Below are positions 24,545-36,900 of a DNA stretch of 64,000 nucleotides, in pieces. Numbering within the stretch: the first letter of the stretch is position 1; each line of letters opens with the position of its first letter. The position numbers and the translations under genes are program-made. The notes below the pieces were generated by a model. That model was not told where the DNA came from, searched no databases, and saw nothing but the letters and a program-made list of their open reading frames with translations. The DNA is from Chiloscyllium plagiosum (taxonomy: Eukaryota): NCBI RefSeq assembly GCF_004010195.1, contig NC_057718.1, positions 39,538,635 to 39,602,634 on the forward strand, in the 5' to 3' direction.

Positions 24545-25105
24545 GAAATGTGTTGTTCTGCATTTTGGAGGAAGAATAGAAAAGCTGAATATTATTTGGT
24601 CAGAGGGAAATAGATCAGGGCAGGCAACTCTTTTGGAGGGTGAGTGTGGACTCGTTGGGCCAAATTGCCTGTTTCTACACTGTAGGGAATCTAATCTATT
24701 TAAATGGAGAGAAGCTACAGAAAGCTTCAGCACAGAATTACTTAGGGGTCTGCATGCATGAATCCCAAGTTCATTGAGTAATAGGAAAGGCAAGTATAGT
24801 TTTGCCATTTATTTCAAATGGAATGGAGTGTGAAAATAGGGAGGTCTTTCTAAAACTATGCCTACGAGGTTCAACTTTTTCAAACAGAGTGTGGTTCATA
24901 TGTGGAATGAACTGCCAGATGAAATGGTAGATGCAGATACAATTACAATATTTAAAGATATTTGGACTGGTATATAAATAGGAAAGGTTTAGAAGGATAT
25001 GGGCCAAACACAGGCAAGTGGGATTAGTCTAGTTTGGGAAACTTGGCTGGCATGAACGAGTTGGACAAAAGGTCTGTTTCCATGCTGTATGACTCTATGA
25101 CTCTA
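24545..25105 (+). mobile_element. CR1 fragments with a nested HE1 SINE 3' fragment (~24602-24700)
   Basis: KCVVLHFG motif, CR1 tail ctgtatgactctatgactct; HE1 tail gcctgtttctacactgtagggaatctaatct. Confidence 0.7.
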
Positions 25106-25106
25106 T

Positions 25107-25702
25107 AAACTCAGCCAATCTGGCACAAACCATGAATAGAAAGCAAAGTCAATGTTTTGGGTTCAGTGATTATACCAGGAAAAGGTGTAATTTGTGCTAA
25201 AGACAGAGGGCAGGCGGACAATGTGGTCAAGGAGTGAATGATAGATGGAGATGGAACACAAAGAGAGAGAACAGAAGTTAGGCAGATAAAGGGATGGGTA
25301 ATGATGAGGGGAGGAGAAAGAAAAGCTGCTTATGGAGACCATTAGTGGGTGAAAATGGGTTGGCTGTGATGAAAGCTGCCCATGTTTTGACAGAGTTAGG
25401 GGTGTGAGGGTTGGTAAGAACTTGGAAGAAGGCACTCAGAACCAAAGATTATTGAACTCAATATTGAGACTGGAAGACCGCAAGGTTCACAAACAGGAAA
25501 TTAGATGCTTTTCTTACAGCTTATATTGAGATTTGCAGGAGCAGCGCAGCATGCCGGAGGCAGAAATGTTGGCCAGGGAACAGTGGTATGTTGAAATAAC
25601 GGTGTGTTGAAATAATGGGCAACAGGAAGTTCAGGGTCTTTTTTATGGATAGAATATAAGTGTTTCATGAAACAGTTACCCGATCTATGTTTTGTCTCCC
25701 CA
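25107..25702 (-). mobile_element. Penelope-like element, 3' half (GIY-YIG C-terminal part and 3' terminus)
   Basis: Minus-strand GETKHRSGNCFMKHLYSIHKKDPELPVAHYFN; terminus at 25107-25175 resembles the family-B palindrome arm. Confidence 0.75.
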
Positions 25703-25899
25703 CATTTTATTCCTGAGATCCTTCTATAGTAGCCTTGCTGGAAGAGCCCTCCAAAGTGCCCTCTGAGTGCAGCTATGATATTTTTCTTAACGAGTAATGC
25801 CATCTTTTGCAAACTTATTTTATCGTATGCTAAGAAAATTGATTCTAGCTGCAATATGGATTCACAGATACTAATGGTTCTTAATTACTCATTGAGGAT

Positions 25900-26580
25900 G
25901 TGTTGCTGAACAAAGAGACTTTGGAGTGCAGGTTCATAGCGCCTTGACAGTAGAATCACAGGTAGATAAGATAGTGAAGAAGGCGTTTGGTATGCTTTCC
26001 TTTATTGGTCAGAGCATTGAGTACAGGAGTTGGGAGGTTATACTGTGACTGTACAGGACATTGGTCAGGACACTTTTGGAATATTGCGTGCAATTCTGGT
26101 CTCCTTCCTATCGGAGGTTGTAAAACTTGAAAGTGTTCAGAAAAGTTTACAAGGATGTTGCCAGGGTTGGAGGATTTGAGCAAAAGGAGAGGATGAATAG
26201 ACTGGGGCTGTTTTCCCTGGAGTGTTGGAGGCTGAGGGGTGACCTTAGAGGTTTGTAAAAACCTGAGGGGCAAGGTCTTTTCCCTTGGGTGGGGGAGTCC
26301 AGAACCCGAGGACATACATTTAAGGTGAGAGGGTAAAGATACAAGAAACCTAAGTGACAACTTTTTCACGCAGAGAGTGGTATGTGTATGGAATGAACTG
26401 CCAGGCTAGTACAATTGCAACATTTTAAAAGGCATCTGGATGGGTTTATGAATAGGAAGGTTTGGAGGGATATGGGCCGGGTGCTGGCAAGTAGGACTAG
26501 ATTGTGTTGGAATATGATCGGCATGGACGAGTTGGACCGAAGAGTCTGTTTCTGTGCTGTACATCTGACTTTATGACTTG
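25900..26580 (+). mobile_element. CR1 3' fragment
   Basis: RDFGVQVH and LYRTLVRTLLEYCVQFW motifs, CR1 tail. Confidence 0.85.
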
Positions 26581-27129
26581 TGAACTTCAGTTGACCTGAC
26601 GGGGGGGGTGCCCTATCTACAACCCATGACCCACACGTGGGCTGCCACAGCAATTCACATGACTCAATGTCTGGCTTCATTTGAAATTTGGTTACTCGTT
26701 TTGAGAGGGCTGCTCCTCCAGTCAGAGGTAGTTTTCTCTCCCATGTGTGCTGTTGCAGGATTACTGGTTAGTCTGTCAGCAGCAAATGAGAGGGAGAACT
26801 GGTCTGAGAGTGGAAGATCAGCCTGAGGCCGGGAACATGATGAAGTCTGTAATGGGTTCTGGGAACAGACAGTTTTGCTTTCATTTCAAATCTCCAGCAA
26901 CTGCAGTATTTCACAGAAACGAACTGAGGTTCAGCTTCTTGTTGGGGGCAGTCTGGACCGCGAATGCAATCAGAGCTGAAAGGGAGTTCAGGGACTGGAT
27001 AAGCTTGATAGCCTGCGTGGGTCACTCCTTCTGCCATTGAAAGCACAGTTGCTGCTTATCTGAGAGTTTCAGGCCAACCTGTCTGCACTCAGTCAAAGGG
27101 TGACAAGTTTTGGTGGACTGCTTCAGAAG

Positions 27130-28537
27130 AAATAGTCAACATGGTTTCGTCAAGGGCAGGTCGTGTCTCACAAACCTCACTGAGTATTTTAAGAAGGTGA
27201 CCAAGCATGTAGATGAGGGTAGAGCAGTTGACGTGGCATACTTCAGTAAAGCCTTTGATAAGTTTCCACATAGTAGGCTGATGGAGAAAATGCAGAGGCA
27301 TGGAATTGAGGGTGATTTAGCAGTTTGGATTAGAAACTGGCTTTCTGGAAGAAGACAGCGAGTGGTGGTTGATGGAAAATATTCAGTCTGGAGTCCAGTT
27401 ACTAGTGTGGTGCTGGAAAAACACAGCAGGCCAGGCAGCATCCGAGAAGCAGGAGAATCAACGTTTCAGGCATAAGCCCTTCTTCAGGAATGCTCATTCC
27501 TGAAGAAGGGCTTATGCCTGAAACGTCGATTCTCCTGCTCCTCGGATGCTGCCTGGCCTGCTTTGTTTTTCCAGCACCACATTTTTCAACTCTGGTCTCC
27601 AGCATCTGCAGTACTCACTTTTTCCAGTTACTAGTGGTGTGCCACAGGATCTGTTTTGGGACCACTGCTGTTTGTCATTTTTATAAATGACTTGGACGCA
27701 GGCATAGGTGGATGGATTAGTAAATTTGCAGTCAACACTAAAGTCGGTGGAGTAGTGGACAGTTTGGAAGAATGTTACAGGTTGCAGGGGGACTTGGATA
27801 AACTGCAGAGTTGACTTGAGAGGTGGCAAATGGAGTTCAATGCAGCTAAATGTGAGGTGATGCAATTTGAGAAGAATAACAGGAAGGCAGAGTACTGGGT
27901 CAGTGGAAAGATCCTTGGTAGGCGTACGGTGTGTTAGGTTTCATTGGTAGAGGGATTGAGTCCTGGAACCGCAATATCATGCTGCAACTATACAAAATGC
28001 TGGTGCGGCCACACTTGGAATATTGTGTACAGTTCTGGTCCCCATATTTTGGGAAGGTTGTGGAAGCATTGGAAAAGGTGCAGAGGAGATTTACCAGGAT
28101 GTTGCCTGGTCTGGAGGGAAGGTCTTATGAGAAAAGGCTGAGAGACTTGGGTCTGTTCTCATTGGAAAGAAGAAGGCTAAGGGGGGATTTGATAGAGACA
28201 TACAGGATGATCAGAGGATAAGATAGTGTAGACAGTGAAATACTTTTTCCTAGGATGATGACGTCAGCTTGTATGAGAGGGCATAACTACAAATTGAGGG
28301 GTGATAGATTTAAGACAGATGTCAGAGGCAGGTTCTTTATGCAGAGAGTGGTAAGGGCGTGGAATGCCCTACCTGCTAATATAGTCAACTCAGCCACATT
28401 GGGGAGATTTAAACAATCCTTAGATAAGCACACGGATGATTTTGGGAGAGTGTAGGGGGACAAACTGAGAATAGTTCACAGGTCGGCGCATCATAGACGG
28501 CCGAAGGGCCTGTTCTGCGCTGTATTTTTCTATGTTC
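27130..28537 (+). mobile_element. CR1 LINE RT region to 3' tail
   Basis: SQHGFVKGRSCLTNL...FSKAFDK...VTSGVPQ, LVRPHLEYCVQFWSP, DVRGRFFMQRVV; tail tctatgttctatg. Confidence 0.9.
27408..27622. mobile_element. Palindromic PLE-derived element (family A variant) with hammerhead cores on both strands
   Basis: Perfect 14-bp TSD tccagttactagtg (27394-27407 / 27623-27636) inside CR1 RT; plus core ATTC-CTGAAGA-AGGGC-TTAT-GCCT-GAAACGTC-GATT at 27496-27531, mirrored on the minus strand. Confidence 0.9.
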
Positions 28538-29150
28538 TATGTACAGGAGACCATATTGTGAGTAGCAAATACAGTAGACGAGATTCAGTGAAGTGCACGT
28601 AAAGTGCTGCTTCACGTGGAAAGTGTGTCTGGAATCATGGATAGCGAGGAAGGAGGAAATTAACAGACAGTTATTACACCTTCTGCGATTGCATGTGAGT
28701 GCCATGAGCTTGGAAATGTTAGGAGTGGAGGAAGAGTGGTCAGAATATCCCAAAGGGAAAAGTCCCTGCAGAAGGCTGACAGGAGGAAAGGGGAAATATG
28801 TCTGATGATAACAATCAGCTGGAGGTGGCAGAAATGGTGGCTAATGATCCTTTGGACGTGGATGCTGGTGGAGTAGATAATAAGTACAAGGGGTCCCTAT
28901 TGCTTTTCTAGGAGGGAATAGAAGGGGTGAAGGCAGAAGTGCAAGAAAAGGGTTAGACATAGTTGAGGGCCTTGTCAACCACAGTGGTGGGGAAACCTTG
29001 GTTGAAGAAGGTGGTGGACATTTCAGAAACTGACATCATCAGAACAGATGCAATAGAAACTAAGAGAATGGAACAGAGTCTTTACAGGAAGCAGAGTTTG
29101 AGGATATAAAATTAATGTAACCGTGGGAGTCAGTGAGTTTAAATTGGATA
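28538..29150 (-). mobile_element. Penelope-like element, 5' part of the copy at 25107-25702 (RT C-terminal region and GIY-YIG N-terminal part)
   Basis: Minus-strand RRRCNNC...FHVKQHFTCTSLNLVYCICYSQYGLLYI. Confidence 0.75.
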
Positions 29151-29231
29151 TTGGTTTGTACTTAATGGATTTTAGGACGGTGGGGAAAGTCTCATTGAAA
29201 ATTACAGAATGCCAAGAAAGCTGGATAGAGT

Positions 29232-31805
29232 TTTTTCATTCATTTGTGGAATGTGAGATTCACTCACTGGCTAGCATTTATAGCTGATCCCAAGTTGCCT
29301 TTCAGTAGATGGTGGTGAGCTGCCTTCTTGAACCGCTGCAGTCCACCTGCTATAGGCTGACCCTATATTCGGGAGAGAATTCCAGGATTTTGACCCAGCA
29401 ACAGTGAAGGAACAGCAATATATTTCCAAATCAGGATGGTGAGTGGCTTGGAGGGGAAATTGAAGGTGGCGGTATTCCTATATATCTGCTGCCCTTCTCC
29501 TAGATGGAAGAGGTTGTGGATTTGGAAGGTGCTGTCTGAGGATCTTTGGTGATTTTCTGCATGCATCTTGTAGATAGTACGCACTGCTGCTACTGAGCAT
29601 CAGTGGTGGAGGGAGTGGATACTTGGGGATGTAGTGACAATCAGGAGGGCTACTTTGTCCTGGATGATGTCAAGCTTCTTGACCGTTACTGAAGCTGCAA
29701 TCATCTAGGCAAGTGGGGAGTACTTCATTACACTCCTGACTTGTGCTTTGTAGGTGATGGGCAGGCTTTGGGGAGTCATGAGGTGTGTTACTAGCTGCAG
29801 CATTCCTAGCCTCTGACCTACTGTTGTAGCCACTGTATTTATATGGTGAGTTCAGCTGAATTTCAAGTCAATGGTAACCCCCAGGATGTTGATAGTGGGG
29901 AATTCAGTGATGATAACATCAAGGGACAGCGGTTGTATTGTCTTTTGATAATGGTCATAGTCTGGCATTTGTGTGGCATGAATGTTACTTGCCACTTGTC
30001 AGCCGAAGCCCGGATATTGTCTACATTTTGTTGCATTTGGACATCTTCCCTGGTGGGTCGGAGGGTGAGGGGTTATAGAGGTTTATAAAATCATGAGGGG
30101 CATGGATAGGGTCAATAGACAAGGTATTTTCCTTGGGGTAGGGGAGTCCAGAACTAGAGGGCATAGGTTTAGGGTGACAGGGGAAAGATTTAATAGGGTT
30201 CTAAAGGGCAATTTTTTTCACAAAGAGGGTGGTGAATGTAAAACATAGAACATTACAGCGCAGAACAGGCCTTTCGGCTCTCGATGTTGCACCAACCTGT
30301 GAAATCAATCTGAAATCCATTTAACCTACTCTATAGTATTGTCATCCATATGTTTGTTCCAATGACCACTTAAATGCCTTTAAAGGTAGCGAGTCTCCGA
30401 CTGTTGTAGGCAGGGCATTCCATGCCCCTACTACTCTCTGCGTAAAGAAACTACCTCTGACATCTGTCCTATATCGATCACCACTCAATCCAAAGCTATG
30501 TCCCCTCATGCTGACCATCACTCACTGTCCACCCTATCTAACACTCTGATTATCTTATATATCACAATGAAGTCCCCTCTCAATCTTCTTCTCTCTAACA
30601 AAAACAGCCTCAAGTCCCTCAGCCTGTCCTCATAAGAACTTCCCTCCATACCAGGCAACATCCTAGTAAATCTCCTCTGAACCCTTTCCAAAGCTTCCAC
30701 ATCCTTCCTAGAATGCGGTGAACAGAACTGTACACAATACTCAAAGTGTGGCCAAATAAGCAGTCAGAGGAAGTGGTGGAGGCTGGTTCAATTACGATGT
30801 TTAAAAGGTATCTGGGTGAATATATGAATAGCAAGGGTTTAGAGGGATATGGGCCAAGTGCTGGCAAATGGGACTAGATTAATTAAGGATATCTGGTCGG
30901 CATGGATGAATTGGACTGAAGGGTTTGTTTCTGTGCTGTACATCTCCATGACTGTTTCAGTGTCTGAAGAACTGTGAATAGTGCTGTACGTTGTGCAATC
31001 ATCGTTGAACACTCCACTTCTGATCTTGTGATGGAGGGAAGGTCATTGACGAAGCAGCTGAAGATGTTTGGGACTAGGACAATACCCTGAGGAACTCCTC
31101 CAGAGATGTCCTGGAGCTGAGACGACTGACCTTCAACAGTCACAGCCATCTCACTATGTGTCAGATATGATTCTAACTACTGGAGAGTTTCTCCCAGATA
31201 CCCATTGATTCTCCTTGATGCCACACTCAGTCAAATGCAGCCTTGAGGTCAAAGGCTGTAACTCTTACTCACCTCTGCCATTCATCACTTCTGTCCATGT
31301 TTGAACAAAGGATGTAATAAGGTCAGGAGCTGAGTGGCATTGGCAGAACCCAAATTGGGCACCACTGAGTAGGTTATTGCTGAGGTGCTGCTTGATAGCA
31401 CTGTTGACACTTTCCATTTATTTATTGATGATTGAGAGTAGACTGATGGGATGGTAATTGGCTGGGTTGGATTTGTTCTGTTTTTTATGTACAGGACATA
31501 TTTGGGCAATTTTCCACATTGTTGGGTAGGTGCCAGTATTGTAAATGTACTGGAAGAGCTGGCTAGGGGAGCAGCAAGTTCTGGAGTATAAGTCTTCAGT
31601 ACTTTTGCCAGAATGTTGTCCGGGCCCGTAGCCTTTGCAGCAACAAGAGCCTTCAACCATTTCTTGATGTCACTTAAAGTGAATCAAATTGGCTGAAGAC
31701 TGGTATCTGTAATGCTGGGGACCACTGGAGGAAGCTAAAATGGATCACCCATTTGGTACTTGTGCCTGAAGACTGCTGTAAAAGCTTTAGCCTTATCTTT
31801 CACAC
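29232..31805 (-). mobile_element. L2/CR1-group LINE (different family from the CR1s), 5'-truncated, with nested insertions
   Basis: Minus-strand KATGPDNILAKVLK, WKIAQICPVHKKQNKSNPANYHPISLLS, GVPQGIVL.P..FSCFVNDLP. Confidence 0.85.
30062..30955 (+). mobile_element. CR1 3' fragment nested in the LINE, itself split by an opposite-strand CR1 (30241-30755)
   Basis: Plus-strand CR1 tail interrupted after gtggtgaatgta and resuming at cagaggaagtggtgg; minus insert encodes EALERVQRRFTRMLPG. Confidence 0.8.
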
Positions 31806-31806
31806 C

Positions 31807-32930
31807 GAAGTCTGTGATAGGGTGTGTCTGGGAGTGTATGTGTCAGCATAGGAGAGAGGGTCTGCACGTGTGTGTGTGTCAGTCTGTCTGTGTGTGTATA
31901 TAGTGCAATGGGGTCACCTGTAGTGTGACATGAACCCAAGGTCCCGGTTGAGGCATCCCCATGGGTACCAAACGTGGCTGTCAGCCTCTGTTCACCCACT
32001 TCTTGTTGTTGCCTGTCCCGAAGTCCGCCTTGGAGGACGGTCACCCGAAGGTCTGATGTCGAATGTCTCGGACCGCTGAAGTGTTCTCTGACTGGGAGGG
32101 AACATTCCTGTCTGTTGATTGTTGTGCAGTCTCCATTCATCTGTTGCTGTAGCCTCTGCTTGTCTTGCCTCAGGGCATCCTTGCCTGCAGCGTACGAGAT
32201 AGACAACGTTGGCTGAGTCGCATGAGTACCTGCCACATACATGGTGAGAGGTGCCCCACAAGTAATGGTGGTATCCATGTTGATATTCTGACACATCTTG
32301 CAGCATCTACTGCGATAAGGTTGTATGCTATTGTCCTGAAAGCTGGGCAGTTTGCTCCAAACAATGATCTGATTGAGGTTTGGTGGTTTTTTAAAGGTGA
32401 GAAGTGGAGGTGTGGGGAAGGTCTTGGCAAGGTGCTCATCCTCATTGATAATTTGTTGCAGGCTGCGAAGAACATGGAGTAGTTTTCGGCTCCTGGGAAA
32501 TACTGGACAAGGAAGGTGAAGGGCTCCTGCCCAAAACGTTGATTTTCCTGCTCCTCGGATGCTGCCTGACCTGCTTGTGCTTTTCCAGCACCACTCTAAA
32601 TCTTGTCAACGAAGGGTACCCTGTCCGTTGCAAGTCGTGTCTGTCTCCTGAGGAGGTCATTACCGTTTCTCGCTGTGGCACATTGGAACTGGCGGCCAAT
32701 GAGTTGAGCATCATTCTCCATTCTTATGAGAGCAAGCCTGAGTACTTCCAAGTGCCCGTCACATTCCTCTTCATCTTAACAGATCCTGTGTATTCGTAGG
32801 GCTTGTCCATAGGGGATGGCTGTTTTAATATGTTTTGGGTGGAAGCTGGAGAAGTGTAGCATCATGAGGTTATCCGTGGATTTGCGGTAGAATGAGGTGC
32901 TGAGGTGCCCATCCTTGATGGAGATGCGCA
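31807..32930 (-). mobile_element. Inverted 5' segment of a Penelope-like element (copy of ~33600-34590)
   Basis: Minus strand ISIKDGHLSTSFYRK...FHPKHIKTAIPYGQALRIHRIC and GIY-YIG region duplicate the plus-strand copy. Confidence 0.9.
32515..32600 (+). mobile_element. Single arm of the family-A palindromic element inserted in the inverted PLE segment
   Basis: gaagggctcctgcccaaaacgttgattttcctgctcctcggatgctgcctgacctg; degenerate TSD ctggacaaggaagg / cttgtcaacgaagg. Confidence 0.7.
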
Positions 32931-35195
32931 CACATCCCACGTACTTTTCACATAGGCAATTTCTCCTGCCTTCCAAAGATACACAAAACCAATACACCAG
33001 CATGTCCTATCATATCAGGCAATGGGACTCAGGGTGACACATTTCCCTGCCTTCGACTATGTCGAAGGCATCTTGAAACCCATTGTACAGGAGACCCTCA
33101 TCTTCTGTTGCGACACTATGGATTTCTTACAGAAACTCATCACCCACAGATCAGTCGAACTGGGAACATTCCTCGTCACAATGGACATTTCAGCACTCTA
33201 CACCAGCATCCCCCACAAGGATGGCATCGTGACAACAGCCTCAGTACTCAACACCAACAACTGCCAATCTCCGAGCACCATCCTACAACTCATCCGTTTT
33301 ATCCTCGATCACAACGTCTTCACCTTTGACGACCAGTTCTTCATCTAGACACATGGAATAGCCATGGGGGCCAAATTTGCACCCCAATATGCCAACATTC
33401 TCATGAACAGATTCGAACAAGGCTTCTTCTCTACGCAGGACCTCCAACCAACATTATACACCAAGTATATTGACAACATTTTCTTCCGCTTGACCCATAG
33501 AGAGGAGTCACTGAAAAAAACTACACAGTGATATCAACAAGTTTCATCCTACCATCAAACTCACCATGGACAACTCTCTACTATCTATCTCATTCTTGGA
33601 CGCATGAATCTTTATTAAGGATGGGCATCTCAGCACCTCATCCTATCGCAAACCTACAAATAACCTCTTGATGCTATACTTCTCCAGCTTCCACCCGAAA
33701 CATATTAAAACAGCCATCCCCTATGGACAAGCCCTGCACATACACAGGATCTATTCAGATGAGGAGGAATGTGGGGGGCACTTGGAAGTACTCAAGGATG
33801 TCCTCATAAGAATGGGATACGATGCTCAACTCATTGACCACCAGTTCCGATGTGCCACAGCGAGGAACTGTAATGACCTCCTCAGGAGACAGACACGTGC
33901 TGTAACCGACAGGGTACCCTTCATTGTCCAGTACTTCCCAGGAGCTGAAATCTACACCACGTTCTTTGCAGCCTGCAACACATTATCAATGAGGATGAGC
34001 ACCTCGCCAAGACCTTCCCCATACCTCCAATTCTCACCTTTAAACAATCACCAAACCTCAAACAGATCATTGTTCGTAGCAAACTGCCTGGCTTTCAGGA
34101 CAATACCATACAACCTTGTCATGTTGGATGCTGAAAAATGTGTCAACACGGATACCACTATTACGCGTGGGGACACCTCCTAACATGTACATGGCTCAGC
34201 CAACGTTGTCTATCTCATCTATGCTGCAGGCAAGGATGCCCTGAGGCATGGTACATTGGTGAGACCAAGCAGAGGCTACAGCAATGGATGAATGGACTCT
34301 GCACAACAATGAACAGACAGGAATGTTCCCTCCCAGTCAGAGAACACTTCAGCAGTCCGGAACATTCGACCTCGGACCTTCGGGTGACTGTCCTCCAAGG
34401 CAGACTTTGGGATAGGCAACAACGCGAAGTGGACGAACGGAGGCTGACAGCCATGTTCGGTACCCATGGGGATGCCTCAATCGGGACCTTGGGTTCATGT
34501 CACACTACAGGTGACCCCATTGCACTATACACACACACACTCTCTCATATGCTCATATATACACTCCCACACACACCCTCTCACAGACTTATATCCCTTT
34601 ACACTCACACACATACACACACTCTCTCTCACACTCATTACTATCCCCCACACAAACACACACCCACAAGCACACATACACATATAAGTTTGTGGGGTGA
34701 ATTTGTACTGCAGAATTACATTTTACTTTGCTCAAAACTGCATGAAACCATGTTACATTCTATAAATCCATTTCTTAAGATTAGAATCAGTCTGACCATT
34801 GTGGCACAAACAGCCTCACACAGGGATGCTAACACCTTCAATGATTATCTGGGCCAACATGACACCAATTGTTAAAGTTCACTTGAGAATGTAACTTTTA
34901 AAAAAAGCTTTGTGATTTACACATGAAAGAACTGAAAGCAACATCGTGATTCTAAAATATGAGAGACTTAACAAACAATCCAGATCTTTCTTAATATACA
35001 ATTTCAGTTACGTCACACTGTAAACTTTTTGCTATAAATTCCGTGTCTTACAGTCTTATTCTCCATAACCACCTGAGAAAAGAGCAGCGCTCCGAAAGCT
35101 CGTGCTTCCAATTAAACCTGTTGGACTATAACTTGGTGTTGTGCGATTTTTAAATTTTGTACACCCCAGTCCAGCACCGGCGACTCCACATCATG
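32931..35195 (+). mobile_element. Penelope-like retroelement (RT + GIY-YIG endonuclease + 3' terminus), 5'-truncated and pseudogenised
   Basis: LPKIHK, FLVTMDISALYTSIPH, THGIAMGAKFAPQYANI, YTKYIDNIF, WYIGETKQRL; CA-rich tract at 34530-34680; frameshifts and stops. Confidence 0.92.
35070..35104 (+). ncRNA. Minimal type-I hammerhead ribozyme motif (degenerate) at the PLE 3' terminus
   Basis: Stem I CAC/GTG, core CTGAGAA (canonical CTGANGA), stem II GAGC-agc-GCTC, GAA, palindromic AGCT stem III, cleavage triplet CTC. Confidence 0.65.
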
Positions 35196-35379
35196 TCCAC
35201 TGACGTGGGAATGGAATTAGAGCGACAAGTTTAGATTTTGAATGTGGTGAGCTCATTGTGCCAATAGTTGTCAGTAAAAGCAAGTGGAGATGAAAGAAAC
35301 AAAAACACCCACAAAGAGGTGGGTGGTTGGGTTGTGGTGATTACGAATGGTTACAACTTGGAATGGCTGAGAGTGGAAA

Positions 35380-35950
35380 GGGCTAAGTCGAAATCCAGGC
35401 GCTGACTGTACGTGGGTGACTGCTGCCGCGTTTCCCTTTACAGTCAGTTTCGATTTTAGATGTTGCCACTTCCTGAAAGTGTCTAGCTGACACAGTGCGC
35501 TGCGAGTGGAGAGCACATCACCGACTGTAATGCGAAGGTTTCCCCCGAGTCCAGCTTCAGCAGCTCCGGGAGGTAAGGCGGCTTTCACCGTGATTTATTT
35601 GGCACCTTGTTGGAGCGCTGGCGACCTGTCGGAAATCTCAGTCCCCTCATATTCGTGGACTGACTTTCAGGGATAAACGTACGCTGGTTGCTTCGAGAAC
35701 TTCTTTCTTTGTAACGCGCGGTTGTAATCACTAACCCGTTATGAGTGAAATTCGGGCGTTTTCCTATCTGAGGGCGAAAAGGAGAGTTCCTGTCGCCTTT
35801 AAAATGGCGCTGAGGTGTGCGATCCTAACATTGCTTGCCTTCCCTGTTCATCCCCAACATTAACTGCTCGACACACTTTGGTTTATTATTATTGTTATGG
35901 GCCGGGCAGCTGCTACTGCCGCCGGGTCCCTGGAGTTGACCCTGCATCCT
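35380..35950 (+). promoter_or_regulatory. CpG-rich promoter / non-coding first exon candidate of the downstream gene (TRAF5 by synteny, unproven)
   Basis: Sharp CpG enrichment in a CpG-depleted background; ISRE-like agtttcgatttt (35446-35457), ETS acttcctg (~35468), YY1-like aaaatggcg (~35801), donor GAG|gtaagg at 35573. Confidence 0.6.
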
Positions 35951-36577
35951 GCCCCTGAGCCAAGCACTGCACTATAAACATTGACAGGAGGAAACAGCAA
36001 AATGTAAGGCTCTGTAAATCTGTCGGTCATGTGAGTTTCTTGTGCGAGAGAATCGTGTTATTTCTCTATTGCTTTCTACAGTTTCCTCAGTAGATTTAAC
36101 TTTATAATTCCTAATGGCACCAGGCAAGGGTTTATTGTGTCTTTTAATATTGCAATGTTCACCTAGAAATTATTGCTGGTGATGTCAGTGGATAAAAGCT
36201 CACCACGTTTACAGGACATTCCTTTAATTTCTATTAATAAGGTCATGGATTACCTGGATTAAAACAATGTTTGCAAGAATAGGGTATCCTTTATTTTCTA
36301 TTTATATAGGCCATGGATTAGCTGGATTAAAATAGTGGATGCAGGAATACCACACAAATGCATAAATAATTCTGCCAATGGTGACTATTGAGTTCTGGTA
36401 GATAAAGAACGACTACAGATTAGTCAATGCATTTAACTAGTGAGGAGCTGGTATAATTTATCACCTCTGTGTTGATGTCTCTTACCCCCATCCGTACCAT
36501 CTCCAGATTTAATTCAAAAAGATTTGAAATCTGGAAACAAATACCAGAAAACATCTCAGGTTGGAGTTTCAGCTTAT

Positions 36578-36900
36578 ACATAGAGTCACAGAGATGTACA
36601 GCGCAGAAACAGACTCTTCAGTCCAACTCATCCATGCCAACTGCTATCCTGAATTTATCTAGTCCCATTTGCCAGCACTTGGCCCATATCCCTCCAAAAC
36701 CCTTCCTATTCACATATTCATCCGGATGCCTTTTATATGTTGTAATTGTACTTCCTCTGGCAGCTCATTCTATACACACACCACCCTCTGTGTGAAAATG
36801 TTGCCCCTTTGGTCCTTTTAAATCTTTCCCCTCTCACCCTAAACCTATGCCCTCCAGTCTAGACTCCCCCACCCCAGGGAAAAGACCTTGTCTATTTATT
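36578..36900 (-). mobile_element. CR1 3' fragment
   Basis: Near-identical to the CR1 tail at 13581-13900. Confidence 0.85.
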
